From Ignavibacteria bacterium (GTDB lineage: Bacteria > Bacteroidota > Ignavibacteria > Kapaibacteriales > UBA2268), in contig JAERMQ010000018.1 in assembly GCA_016844745.1 (NCBI GenBank), positions 15,629-79,628 of the forward strand: a stretch of 64,000 bases of DNA, in the 5' to 3' direction. How positions within the stretch are numbered: position 1 is the stretch's first letter; each line of letters opens with the position of its first letter. The position numbers and the translations under genes are program-made. Shown piece by piece: positions 20,487-28,925 of this stretch. The notes below the pieces were generated by a model. That model made no database searches and was not told where the DNA came from. It saw only the letters and a list, made by a program, of their open reading frames with translations.

Positions 20487-21560
20487 ATGAAAATAATTTT
20501 TATTCTAATTCTGTTTTACTCTTCGAGCGCATTTGCTTCTTTAGAAAAGAGCATAATTATAGACCATAAATCCGCCTCTCAATTCGAAAAAATTCCCACT
20601 GAATTTCTATCTGCAACTATTAATTTAAAACACATGTTCAGGCATGCTTCTGTTGGTACTACAATAGACGGCGGGTTGAATTGTCTGCAAGGAACGAAAA
20701 ATAACTGCAAACAATATCCACAATATAAATATGACAGGCGGGCATGGCAGTGCCAGCCAAGGGGCAATTCCGGCTGGTTCGGTAAAGTCGATGATTTTGT
20801 CACTCAAGTTACAGCACAAGAAGAAAATTTTGATATATTTTCATTTAAATATTGCTATCTCGATGGATTAGACCAGGTTGCAGAGCCATGCGGCGGCTAT
20901 CCATCAAAGCCTGATAAAATCAAGAAAGCATGGGATTACCTGAAAGATAATATGTTAACGGTTGAAAATAAATATCCCCAGAAAGTATTTGTATGGTGGA
21001 CTATTCCATTGACTCAAATCGGGCAGTATTGCACTGATGAGTTGAATAAACTTATCCGTGATTATTGCAAAGAAAACAAAAAAATACTATTCGATTTAGC
21101 CGATATTGAGTGCCACGACACAACAGGTGCAATCGTCAAAAATGAACAGGGATTGGAAAAAGCATTCAAACCTTATTGCGGCGAACAAAAACCTGATGCT
21201 GCCGCTTGTCATCCGAACGATTTTGGAGCTTCAATTATTTCGAAAGCATTCTGGGTAATGATGGCTCAAATTGCAGGCTGGGAGCCGGGTATAACATATA
21301 CTAAAGAATTTGATGAAGATAGTAACACTGATATTATTATTTCTCCCAATCCGGTTTCCGATTATTTAGAAATAAGACTCAATTCGATTGCAATTGGAAC
21401 TCAAATTAATGAGATAAGAATTATAAATAGTCTTGGTGAATGTATGAAAAAACAAATCCTATCCGTATCATCAATTCAAAGACTTTCGGTATCAGAATTG
21501 AATACCGGTATATATTTCATTAATATTGGTAACCAAACTTTTAAATTCGTAAAATTATAA
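20487..21560 (+). CDS. secreted hypothetical protein with T9SS C-terminal domain
   Basis: Signal peptide, Cys-rich body, and C-terminal 'ISPNPVSDYLEIRL...GIYFINI' domain. Confidence 0.5.
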   Translation: MKIIFILILFYSSSAFASLEKSIIIDHKSASQFEKIPTEFLSATINLKHMFRHASVGTTIDGGLNCLQGTKNNCKQYPQYKYDRRAWQCQPRGNSGWFGKVDDFVTQVTAQEENFDIFSFKYCYLDGLDQVAEPCGGYPSKPDKIKKAWDYLKDNMLTVENKYPQKVFVWWTIPLTQIGQYCTDELNKLIRDYCKENKKILFDLADIECHDTTGAIVKNEQGLEKAFKPYCGEQKPDAAACHPNDFGASIISKAFWVMMAQIAGWEPGITYTKEFDEDSNTDIIISPNPVSDYLEIRLNSIAIGTQINEIRIINSLGECMKKQILSVSSIQRLSVSELNTGIYFINIGNQTFKFVKL

Positions 21561-21582
21561 GTATTTGTGATACCGAATTTAC

Positions 21583-22125
21583 TTACTTTAGCATTATCGT
21601 CGTAATACAAGACCTGCTGTCATTATAAGTAGGGATTATTTCCTGTCCGGATTTATTATCATACGTTATTTTCAACTCAATATTTTTATTTCTGGTCAAC
21701 CATAACTCGATAAATCCATGCTTCAATGAAGTAATATTTCCATCAAAATAAGTGATGGAGATATTGTCTTTGTCTTTTGCTGTTATCTTGAATTCTTTTT
21801 CGTTGATTTCACCGGTGCAGCTCGATGGATAATGAGTAGAACATTCGTGAGTTTTGTTGATATATGGCGCTATTGCTATATACATTAAGCTATCAGGCAA
21901 AGATTTGCTTGTTTTCCTGCCATCGGGGAATTCAAATTTTACTTCATTCGTTGTTATAAGCGATGTGATTTTCGGGGCTGAATCACGCCATTCGTTAGCC
22001 AATGCTATCGCCTGCTTAGCTTCAAGATTAGCAAGGGCATCGTAATAGCTATTATAATTTGGGTCGGTTGAATTTGAACAGCCGAATATTCCAATTACAC
22101 ATAAGATGATAGGAATGATTTTCAT
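21583..22125 (-). CDS. lipoprotein, unknown function
   Basis: Signal sequence 'ILCVIGIFGCSNS' contains a lipobox. Confidence 0.45.
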   Translation of the reverse strand: MKIIPIILCVIGIFGCSNSTDPNYNSYYDALANLEAKQAIALANEWRDSAPKITSLITTNEVKFEFPDGRKTSKSLPDSLMYIAIAPYINKTHECSTHYPSSCTGEINEKEFKITAKDKDNISITYFDGNITSLKHGFIELWLTRNKNIELKITYDNKSGQEIIPTYNDSRSCITTIMLK

Positions 22126-22225
22126 TATTTCTCCATTAACAAATTGTCTGAACCTTGATTTACAAATTGTCTGAACCTTGATTTACCTGATTAAATGATT
22201 AATATAATTTATATTTTTTTAACTC

Positions 22226-22260
22226 AAAATTTAGTAATTAGTAATTAGTAATTAGTAATT
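22226..22260. repeat. heptanucleotide tandem repeat (TAATTAG) x4
   Basis: Read directly in the sequence. Confidence 0.8.
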
Positions 22261-22280
22261 CTTTCATTAACCATTGACCA

Positions 22281-23576
22281 TTATTTCCTGTAGTGACAGC
22301 ATTTCGGTAATTTATTATAAACCGAGTCTTCCGCTTGAAATTTATCATTGTCGTGTCCAACTGCGGCTATTGATTTTTCAATCCCGCTAATATCAGGCGA
22401 ATTATCCTTGTAGAATATCGTCAGCATCTTGGTTTCGGAATCCCAATCCGATTCTTCAACGTTTTTGAAATCATTGGTTACTTTTTCAATACGGGCTTTG
22501 CACATCTCGCAGTTGCCGGAAATTTTAATTTTCGATGTTAATAGATTTGGGTCATGAATAATTGGCTTTTCTTTGGGAGTTTCCATAGATTCTTCATCCC
22601 CGGAAAAGTTAAAGCTCTTTGAAATCCCTGCCTGTATCGAAAATTTATTGGTTAATTGTTCGCTGTTTACATTTTTATAAATAGGATAGTTAAACTGTGC
22701 GGAAATAATCCATTCCCTTGCTAAAGTATAATTTAGTTGCGGAGATAAAAATGCTATTAGTCCCCCGGATGCATTGATAAAAGAGTAGGAAGAGTATAAT
22801 TGAGTTACTTTATCCTTTGTGCTATTAAGTACTTTATCGCGTATTTCGAATCGTATTTGCAGACGTCCGGCGAGTTCATCTGTCATTTGATAAGCGCCCA
22901 ATAAGGACAAATTATATAGATTACCGTATTTATACATGGTATTGGATGTTTCGATGAACTGGGAAAGTTCAAATGAATTTATTGAATAAACTGAGAACCC
23001 ACTATTTCCAAACCTGTTCGAAAGCATGATTCCCATATTAATTTTATAATTTCCCGATGATGGCTGCAAATCAATTGGCAATTCAACACCATTATACACC
23101 TGATTGAATTCACCAACTGGGATGGTTACCTTAAAAAACTGAACAAAATTGAATTCTTTATTATCACTTTGATAAGTATCATAACTTGCACCGAGGTTCA
23201 AATCTCCGAAACCTGTAGCAATTTTCTCATATCCATATCTTGAGGATTCGGGATTGACGAATTTTTGGGTTTTATTTAAAAAATAACCGATATCTGCTAA
23301 TATCCTCAATTTATTTGACAATCCGAATGATAAAGCCAGGTAAGAGAAATTAAAATCAGTTTCGATATACTTTGTATCAAGTTTTTCCGTACCGTTGTAA
23401 TACATATCTGAATTTGAGTAAACATGTGATATGGAGACCCCTAAAACGTTTTCCCCAAATTCCGTTATTGAACTGTTCGAACTGACGGGATTACCGGCAG
23501 CGCAGCATTGAGCATTGGATTTACTATGAATTGCAAAAATTAGTAAAGCTAAAATAATATATTGTTTTGATTTCAT
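22281..23576 (-). CDS. outer-membrane beta-barrel-like protein with C-terminal HMA-like (GxCxxC) metal-binding domain
   Basis: Signal peptide and a beta-rich aromatic-ended body. The C-terminal ~80 aa carry 'ISGNCEMCKARIEK', resembling the heavy-metal-associated (CopZ-like) fold. Confidence 0.45.
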   Translation of the reverse strand: MKSKQYIILALLIFAIHSKSNAQCCAAGNPVSSNSSITEFGENVLGVSISHVYSNSDMYYNGTEKLDTKYIETDFNFSYLALSFGLSNKLRILADIGYFLNKTQKFVNPESSRYGYEKIATGFGDLNLGASYDTYQSDNKEFNFVQFFKVTIPVGEFNQVYNGVELPIDLQPSSGNYKINMGIMLSNRFGNSGFSVYSINSFELSQFIETSNTMYKYGNLYNLSLLGAYQMTDELAGRLQIRFEIRDKVLNSTKDKVTQLYSSYSFINASGGLIAFLSPQLNYTLAREWIISAQFNYPIYKNVNSEQLTNKFSIQAGISKSFNFSGDEESMETPKEKPIIHDPNLLTSKIKISGNCEMCKARIEKVTNDFKNVEESDWDSETKMLTIFYKDNSPDISGIEKSIAAVGHDNDKFQAEDSVYNKLPKCCHYRK

Positions 23577-23640
23577 GTTTCGATTCTTAATAATGATAAA
23601 TTGTTAATATGACAATAACATGGACTCATAGAAGCTCAAT

Positions 23641-23950
23641 CAAAAATTAAGAAGAAAGTCATTCTGAATCCCAAAATAATGTAACTAATAAAAATATGCA
23701 ATAACAAATTCAAGAGAAACCCCCTAACCCCCTTTGAAAAAGGGGGAATTTATTATTCTTTTCTACTTCTATATTCTATTTCCATGTTCTACTTCTATAA
23801 CCGGGGGTTAGGGGGTTTCTCAATGTTGAAATTGTTGCCATTATTTTGAATCAAGAAAAATCTGTCATTGGTAACGAAGTGAAGAATCAATAAGCGATAT
23901 TGGGACTGGATTCTTCACTTCGTTACCAATGACATTCTTCCATATTGTCA
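23641..23950. mobile_element. composite MITE-like palindromic element (AATGTCATTCTGAA terminus + CCCTAACCC/GGGTTAGGG hairpin + GAAGTGAAGAATC nested palindrome)
   Basis: About 85% identical to the element at 57866-58135. Nested inverted repeats read directly. Confidence 0.6.
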
Positions 23951-23994
23951 TTTTCATTCATTTTCTTTAGCTGTAATGACAAAATTATTTTCAA

Positions 23995-24672
23995 TCACTT
24001 AACAGTCATTTGAATGGAATCTGAAAAACTTCCTTTTTCATTTGAAACCGTACATTTTATAGTTTTCGTTCCAACACAATTCTGTGGTGCAGAATAGGTA
24101 ATTTTCGTATTATCCGATTCATTGACGGTAATATCACCGCAATCGACTACCTTCCAGGCATATTTCAGATTCCCGCCTATTGCATAGCAAACGATATTTG
24201 CTTTTTCGGCAGAGCCGGATTGAATTTCAGTTTTATCAGATTCGATTGTAATTATCTCCGGCTGCTTAATTACTTCCAGTATTGTTACCGTTATGCTTTT
24301 AGAAACAGAACCTTTGCTGTTCGATACGGTGCAGGTGATTATTTTATCACCAACACAACAAGCAGCACCTGTGTAACTTACTTTTGACCGCTCATTATTC
24401 AAAGGTACCAAATCGCCCAAATCGACTTGCCAGACAAATTTCAGATTGCCTCCCGAAGCATTACATGTAATTATTGCTTCGTCCATACCACCATATAATA
24501 TCTGGGTTTTATTGGCATCAATACTTTTTATGGATGGTGCGGTTTCAGGCTCGTTACCCGTAGGACCGTCGTTTTTTTGGCATCCGGATAATATTACCAT
24601 AAATAATATTATTTGTAAGTTCAGTAATATTTGTTTTAATTTCATAATCTTTCTCATTTTTATTATCATCAT
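23995..24672 (-). CDS. lipoprotein with two tandem Ig-like repeat domains
   Basis: 'LSGCQKN' lipobox. Internal duplication ('ITCNASGGNLKFVWQV' / 'IVCYAIGGNLKYAWKV'). Confidence 0.4.
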   Translation of the reverse strand: MMIIKMRKIMKLKQILLNLQIILFMVILSGCQKNDGPTGNEPETAPSIKSIDANKTQILYGGMDEAIITCNASGGNLKFVWQVDLGDLVPLNNERSKVSYTGAACCVGDKIITCTVSNSKGSVSKSITVTILEVIKQPEIITIESDKTEIQSGSAEKANIVCYAIGGNLKYAWKVVDCGDITVNESDNTKITYSAPQNCVGTKTIKCTVSNEKGSFSDSIQMTVK

Positions 24673-24699
24673 TACAAAGATATTTTTTTCAACTCAATC

Positions 24700-24895
24700 A
24701 AGATGATTGAGCTAAAATTTTTTTCGATATTAAAAGAATGACAATCATCCGTTCAATCAAGATGATTGAACTACTAATTTATTAATATTAAAAGTAGGAC
24801 AATCATCCCTGATTGTCAAATCATCCCTGATTGTCAAATCATCCCTGATTGTCAAATCATCCCTGATTGTCAAATCATCCCTGATTGAAATTAGT
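24700..24895. repeat. tandem repeat array: 2 x ~55-bp units containing palindrome TCAATCAAGATGATTGA, then 4.5 x 18-bp GTCAAATCATCCCTGATT
   Basis: Read directly. Lies between two minus-strand genes. Confidence 0.8.
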
Positions 24896-25651
24896 CTATT
24901 TTATTATATAAAAACTCATGGAAACCGGCATTCCGTCAAACTCCGTTAAGATATAATAAACGCCGGATGATAAATCGCTTATGTCCAGATTAAATTCATT
25001 CGAAGTTATTGCAATATCTTTGCAAAGACTGCCATCCAATGCTAAAATTCTAAAATATTTCGGTAATGATGCAGATAACCTAACTGCAAGTTCACGATTA
25101 TTACGAACATCAATCGATATTGGAATCATTCTGTTTTCGGTTACATCGGAAGTTTTCGCAAGGAAGAAATAGGCGCCTTTTGCTAATTCGGATACTTGAA
25201 TTACAACATTGTTCTCATCCAATGTATGCAATAAATTTCCAGGCCAGCAACCGCCCGCACCTTGCGAACCTAATTGGTCTATATCAAAGACTTTGCCGCA
25301 ATTATTGCATCTTAAATTAGTGCCGCTTTGAGAGTACCCCTTATGATAAGGGTAACATACGTCACAAGCATTGAAACATGATTTGATATCGCCATTCGAA
25401 GCTTTTACCAAAATGTATTCCAAATCCTTGTATTGAGAGGGGGATGTTTTGTAAGCATATGAATAATGTTTTGCTGTTGTCGTTACATCCGATGCAGGTT
25501 GAGTGGCTACTTGGGCTATTGCTTTATTAGATTGTCCCAAGAGAGTCATTATTAGCAGAACAAAAATGGTTCTGCTAATAGCATTAAATAGAGCATTTTT
25601 AGTGTGTATGGTCAAAAATATTTGACCAAATATTGTAGGTGTATCTTTCAT
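24896..25651 (-). CDS. Cys-rich secreted protein with T9SS C-terminal domain
   Basis: CxxC pairs ('CFNACDVCYP', 'CNNCGKVF') and C-terminal 'GVYYILTEFDGMPVSMSFYIIK'. Confidence 0.4.
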   Translation of the reverse strand: MKDTPTIFGQIFLTIHTKNALFNAISRTIFVLLIMTLLGQSNKAIAQVATQPASDVTTTAKHYSYAYKTSPSQYKDLEYILVKASNGDIKSCFNACDVCYPYHKGYSQSGTNLRCNNCGKVFDIDQLGSQGAGGCWPGNLLHTLDENNVVIQVSELAKGAYFFLAKTSDVTENRMIPISIDVRNNRELAVRLSASLPKYFRILALDGSLCKDIAITSNEFNLDISDLSSGVYYILTEFDGMPVSMSFYIIK

Positions 25652-25758
25652 TTTATTTTACTCCTAAATTATAAAAAAACTATTATACAATTAACTTATT
25701 AAAATAAATAAAATATTTTAATTTTCCAAACAATAAAGTTAGTTTTAATTAAATAATT

Positions 25759-27324
25759 TTATTTAATACTAAACCCATGTTTTTTTAAATTCTGTTTTGC
25801 CACTTCGAGTGTGACCTCTTTTAATTTCATTTCACACAAAGGGCATTTCCCAGGCTTATCCGAAATAACATTCCAATCCATCGGGTCCTGGAATACTTTG
25901 CCGTCTTTGTTTTTATCAATTCTTTCCAAATCGACTACGCCCTTCCTGACGATTGAACCCTCCGGGGTTCCCGATTGATTTTGCTTATTGCTTGTTTCAC
26001 CTAATGATGACTGACTGCTCTTATTCTTTTCGGGTAATGGGTTTAGGGTATTGGGTTTAGGATTAGGAGGATTGGGTTGGGACTCAACCTTAGCATTTAA
26101 TCCCGCTTCTGTAGGCATACCGGTTTTCAACTGGCTTTCCGAGTCAATCAGATAACCGCCTGTTACTGCTATCTCATCATTCTCATCGATTCCCGACAAT
26201 AGCTGATATTGTGCATTAATTTTCATTCCGATTTTAACTTCCCTCGGTTCGAAAATTCCATCTCCGGTTTTTAGCCAAACGATATTTTTCTTACCTGTAA
26301 ATAAAATCGCATCTGCAGGAACGACCAATCCGGTACCAAAGCTGCGTTCGAAAACAGTTTCCCCGAACATTTGAGGTTTCAATTTTCCATTGAAATTCGA
26401 GAACTCGCATCTTATTTTTATCGTCCTGGTTTGGGCATTTAATACAGGATAAATATACGTTACTTTGCCGGTAAAAATTTCTCCGGGATAAGACTGAATC
26501 GTTAATTTCACCTGACTCCCCAATGATATTGTATTCAAATCCTGCTGATTGATTTCAGCGATATTCCATAGCATGGATAAATCTGCAACATCATAGAGAG
26601 TAGTTCCTTCATTGAAGTACATTCCTTCCTGGACTTTCTTCTCTATTACGATGCCGGAAATAGGGGAGTGGTACTTGATTGTTAATTGTGCTTCCTTAGC
26701 TTGTTCCAACTCTTTAATTTGAGCTTCCGTAAAACCGAAGAGCTTCAATTTTTTTATAGCCGAATTCAAAGTAGTATTCATCCCACTTCCGGAATTCAAA
26801 GCTAAGAGGAAATCGTTTTGAGCCTGAACCAAATCAGGGCTAAATACCTCGAATAAAGGCTGACCGGCATTGATAAAATCACCTGTTTGAGCCACGAGCA
26901 GTTTTTCAATCCTGCCGTTGAATTTGGCAGAAATCACTTTCCTGTTTTGGTCGGCAAAGTCAAGGTAGCTATAAGCAGAAATCCTGTTTTTCAATTCTGC
27001 CTTTTGGATTCGAACAGTTGAAACATTTGCCAGGACAATTTTATTATCGGTCAGCTTGATCTGATTTTTAAGTTTTTCATCCATAGCGCTTTCATCGTCT
27101 GACATTTTGATAAGCTCCATTTCGCAGATGGGGCATACTCCCGGTCTGTCGGATTTTACTTGCGGGTGCATCGTGCATGTCCAGATATCCTTTTTCTCCG
27201 GTTTGGAAAGCTCATGCTGACCATCCTTTTTATGAAAATAGGTGTAATAGACAATGAAAGCACCACCGGCTATTAAAATGATAATCAGGGTGATTATTAA
27301 CAATTTTACTTTTGATTTTTTCAT
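25759..27324 (-). CDS. RND efflux membrane-fusion (periplasmic adaptor) protein, CusB-like, with N- and C-terminal heavy-metal-binding modules
   Basis: HlyD-like body, plus 'CTMHPQVKSDRPGVCPICEMEL' at the N-terminus and 'DKPGKCPLCEMKL' at the C-terminus. Confidence 0.75.
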   Translation of the reverse strand: MKKSKVKLLIITLIIILIAGGAFIVYYTYFHKKDGQHELSKPEKKDIWTCTMHPQVKSDRPGVCPICEMELIKMSDDESAMDEKLKNQIKLTDNKIVLANVSTVRIQKAELKNRISAYSYLDFADQNRKVISAKFNGRIEKLLVAQTGDFINAGQPLFEVFSPDLVQAQNDFLLALNSGSGMNTTLNSAIKKLKLFGFTEAQIKELEQAKEAQLTIKYHSPISGIVIEKKVQEGMYFNEGTTLYDVADLSMLWNIAEINQQDLNTISLGSQVKLTIQSYPGEIFTGKVTYIYPVLNAQTRTIKIRCEFSNFNGKLKPQMFGETVFERSFGTGLVVPADAILFTGKKNIVWLKTGDGIFEPREVKIGMKINAQYQLLSGIDENDEIAVTGGYLIDSESQLKTGMPTEAGLNAKVESQPNPPNPKPNTLNPLPEKNKSSQSSLGETSNKQNQSGTPEGSIVRKGVVDLERIDKNKDGKVFQDPMDWNVISDKPGKCPLCEMKLKEVTLEVAKQNLKKHGFSIK

Positions 27325-27378
27325 TTATTTCCTTATTATTTTGGTTTCTTACATTAATTTTTTTCATTATATAATTGG

Positions 27379-27482
27379 AGAAACCCCCTAACCCGGTTAT
27401 AGAAGTAGAACATAGAAGTAGAACATAGAAGTAGAAAAAAGAATAAGTTCCCCCTTTTTCAAAGGGGGTTAGGGGGTTTTTC
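27379..27482. repeat. CCCTAACCC...GGGTTAGGG hairpin repeat (inverted copy of the 23714-23822 module)
   Basis: The reverse complement of the 23.7-kb copy aligns base for base, including the internal GAAGTAGAACATA tandem motif. Confidence 0.7.
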
Positions 27483-27537
27483 CTTATCTTTGTTATTTTC
27501 AATTGCTTACTATTCCTATTTTAAGAATTTTCAATAT

Positions 27538-28914
27538 TTATTTATTAACTACTCTGCCGACCATCATTTCAATCTCAGCGATTGCCATTTGTTCGTCGGC
27601 TTGTGCCATATAATAATTCATTGATTGCATCAGTAACATTCTGTTTGCATCGATAATCATATTTATACTGGTTTGATTGTTTTGATATTGAGAAATTTGC
27701 GAACTTCTTGCCTGCTCGTAAAGTGGGATTACCTTCCCGGAATAAAGTATAATCAGTTCCCGTGACGTTTTCAACTTTAGCAAAGCTGTTTTAAGCATGA
27801 CATTCATTTCCCTCTGCATATCGTTCTTTTCCGCTTCAATGCTTTGAATATTAGCCAGCAGTTCCTGTTCTTTAGCTTCGTATTTTTCTTTAGTCCAGGG
27901 AGCAAATGGCAGTGTAATCGAAGCCATCAGGCTGTATCCGTAATCCGAACTCCCATCCCATTTACCCATGGATGAACCTGATTTAGCGGTCATGAGCATA
28001 CCCTGAGGCATTCTCATCACCATTGCCTGGAGCATCAGGTCAGGAATTTTGTCCTTGTTATTTGCAATAATCTCGAATTTATTCATTTCTGCCATCGTGT
28101 TCATTTTCTTAAGTGATGGATTATTGCCTGCTAAAATATTTTCCAATTCTTCCTGCTTATACTCAATATGAATGTTCGGTAATGCCTTGGATACCGATAA
28201 TTCCGGCGAATTTAAATCCCTGCCTAACAGCTTATTCATTTTAAATATTTCAGCTTCTTTCTGGTTGGATAAGATTAAAAGCTGGGTTTCATTGAATGCT
28301 ATTTCGCTTTTAATTGTGAAAATATCAGCCGGAGCGCTTTTATTTATTTCAAAAAGATTCGTCAATGAAGTCAGAAGCTGATTCAGCAATACGATGCCTT
28401 CTTGTTGAACCTCGATTTTACGTTCCAACATCCATATATTAAAGAAAATCATTTTAATATTACCTGTCAGATTAACCTTGTAAACATCAATGTTATCCCT
28501 GCTGATTTTAATATTTACTTTTTCTGCATCGGTCATAGCGCCGATTTTGCCTCCCAAATGGAACATCTGGGAAAAAGTTATATTCTGCGAAATAGGCTCA
28601 TTCAGCCAGTTGAGAGTATTGAATGGAACTTGTGATAATTCGAAACCTACGGTCGGAGCAGGATATGAATTTATTGATTTTGCGCGTTCCTCCGATGCTC
28701 TTACCTTTAAATCCAAAGACTTTAAATATGGATTATTGACCAGAGCCTCCTTTATTAGTGAATCCACAGATTGGGAAAAGACATTATTGAAACAGAAAAA
28801 GCATAAAATAATGAGCAAATTCCTAAAAATAGTTTTAACTTTAAAATTCGTAATTCGTAATTCGTAATTCGTAATTAAAAATTTGTAATTCATAATTGAT
28901 AATTCATAATTCAT
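27538..28914 (-). CDS. outer-membrane efflux protein (TolC/CusC-like)
   Basis: TolC-like two-repeat helical/beta architecture. The start was chosen at the ATG 5 nt after the cusA stop. The N-terminal 25 aa are encoded by heptamer repeats. Confidence 0.65.
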   Translation of the reverse strand: MNYELSIMNYKFLITNYELRITNFKVKTIFRNLLIILCFFCFNNVFSQSVDSLIKEALVNNPYLKSLDLKVRASEERAKSINSYPAPTVGFELSQVPFNTLNWLNEPISQNITFSQMFHLGGKIGAMTDAEKVNIKISRDNIDVYKVNLTGNIKMIFFNIWMLERKIEVQQEGIVLLNQLLTSLTNLFEINKSAPADIFTIKSEIAFNETQLLILSNQKEAEIFKMNKLLGRDLNSPELSVSKALPNIHIEYKQEELENILAGNNPSLKKMNTMAEMNKFEIIANNKDKIPDLMLQAMVMRMPQGMLMTAKSGSSMGKWDGSSDYGYSLMASITLPFAPWTKEKYEAKEQELLANIQSIEAEKNDMQREMNVMLKTALLKLKTSRELIILYSGKVIPLYEQARSSQISQYQNNQTSINMIIDANRMLLMQSMNYYMAQADEQMAIAEIEMMVGRVVNK

Positions 28915-28925
28915 AATTTCTATTC
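28845..28925. repeat. heptanucleotide tandem repeats (TAATTCG x4 then TAATTCA/TGATAAT variants)
   Basis: Read directly. Overlaps the first ~25 codons of the TolC-like ORF. Confidence 0.8.

Noticed and set aside
23714-23822. Telomere-like (CCCTAA/TTAGGG) sequence as evidence of a linear replicon end or eukaryotic contamination
   Set aside because: These are single hexamer-containing arms embedded in bacterial intergenic hairpins flanked by typical bacterial genes, not tandem telomeric arrays.
24700-24895. Possible CRISPR array
   Set aside because: The 18-bp units are directly contiguous with no unique spacers, and there are no cas genes. It is a simple tandem repeat.
27230-27502. 90-aa ORF 'MKITKIRKNPLTPFEKGG...' and similar short ORFs over the CCCTAACCC hairpins
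   Set aside because: They lie entirely inside palindromic repeat elements. Translation differs copy to copy while the DNA structure is conserved, so they are spurious.
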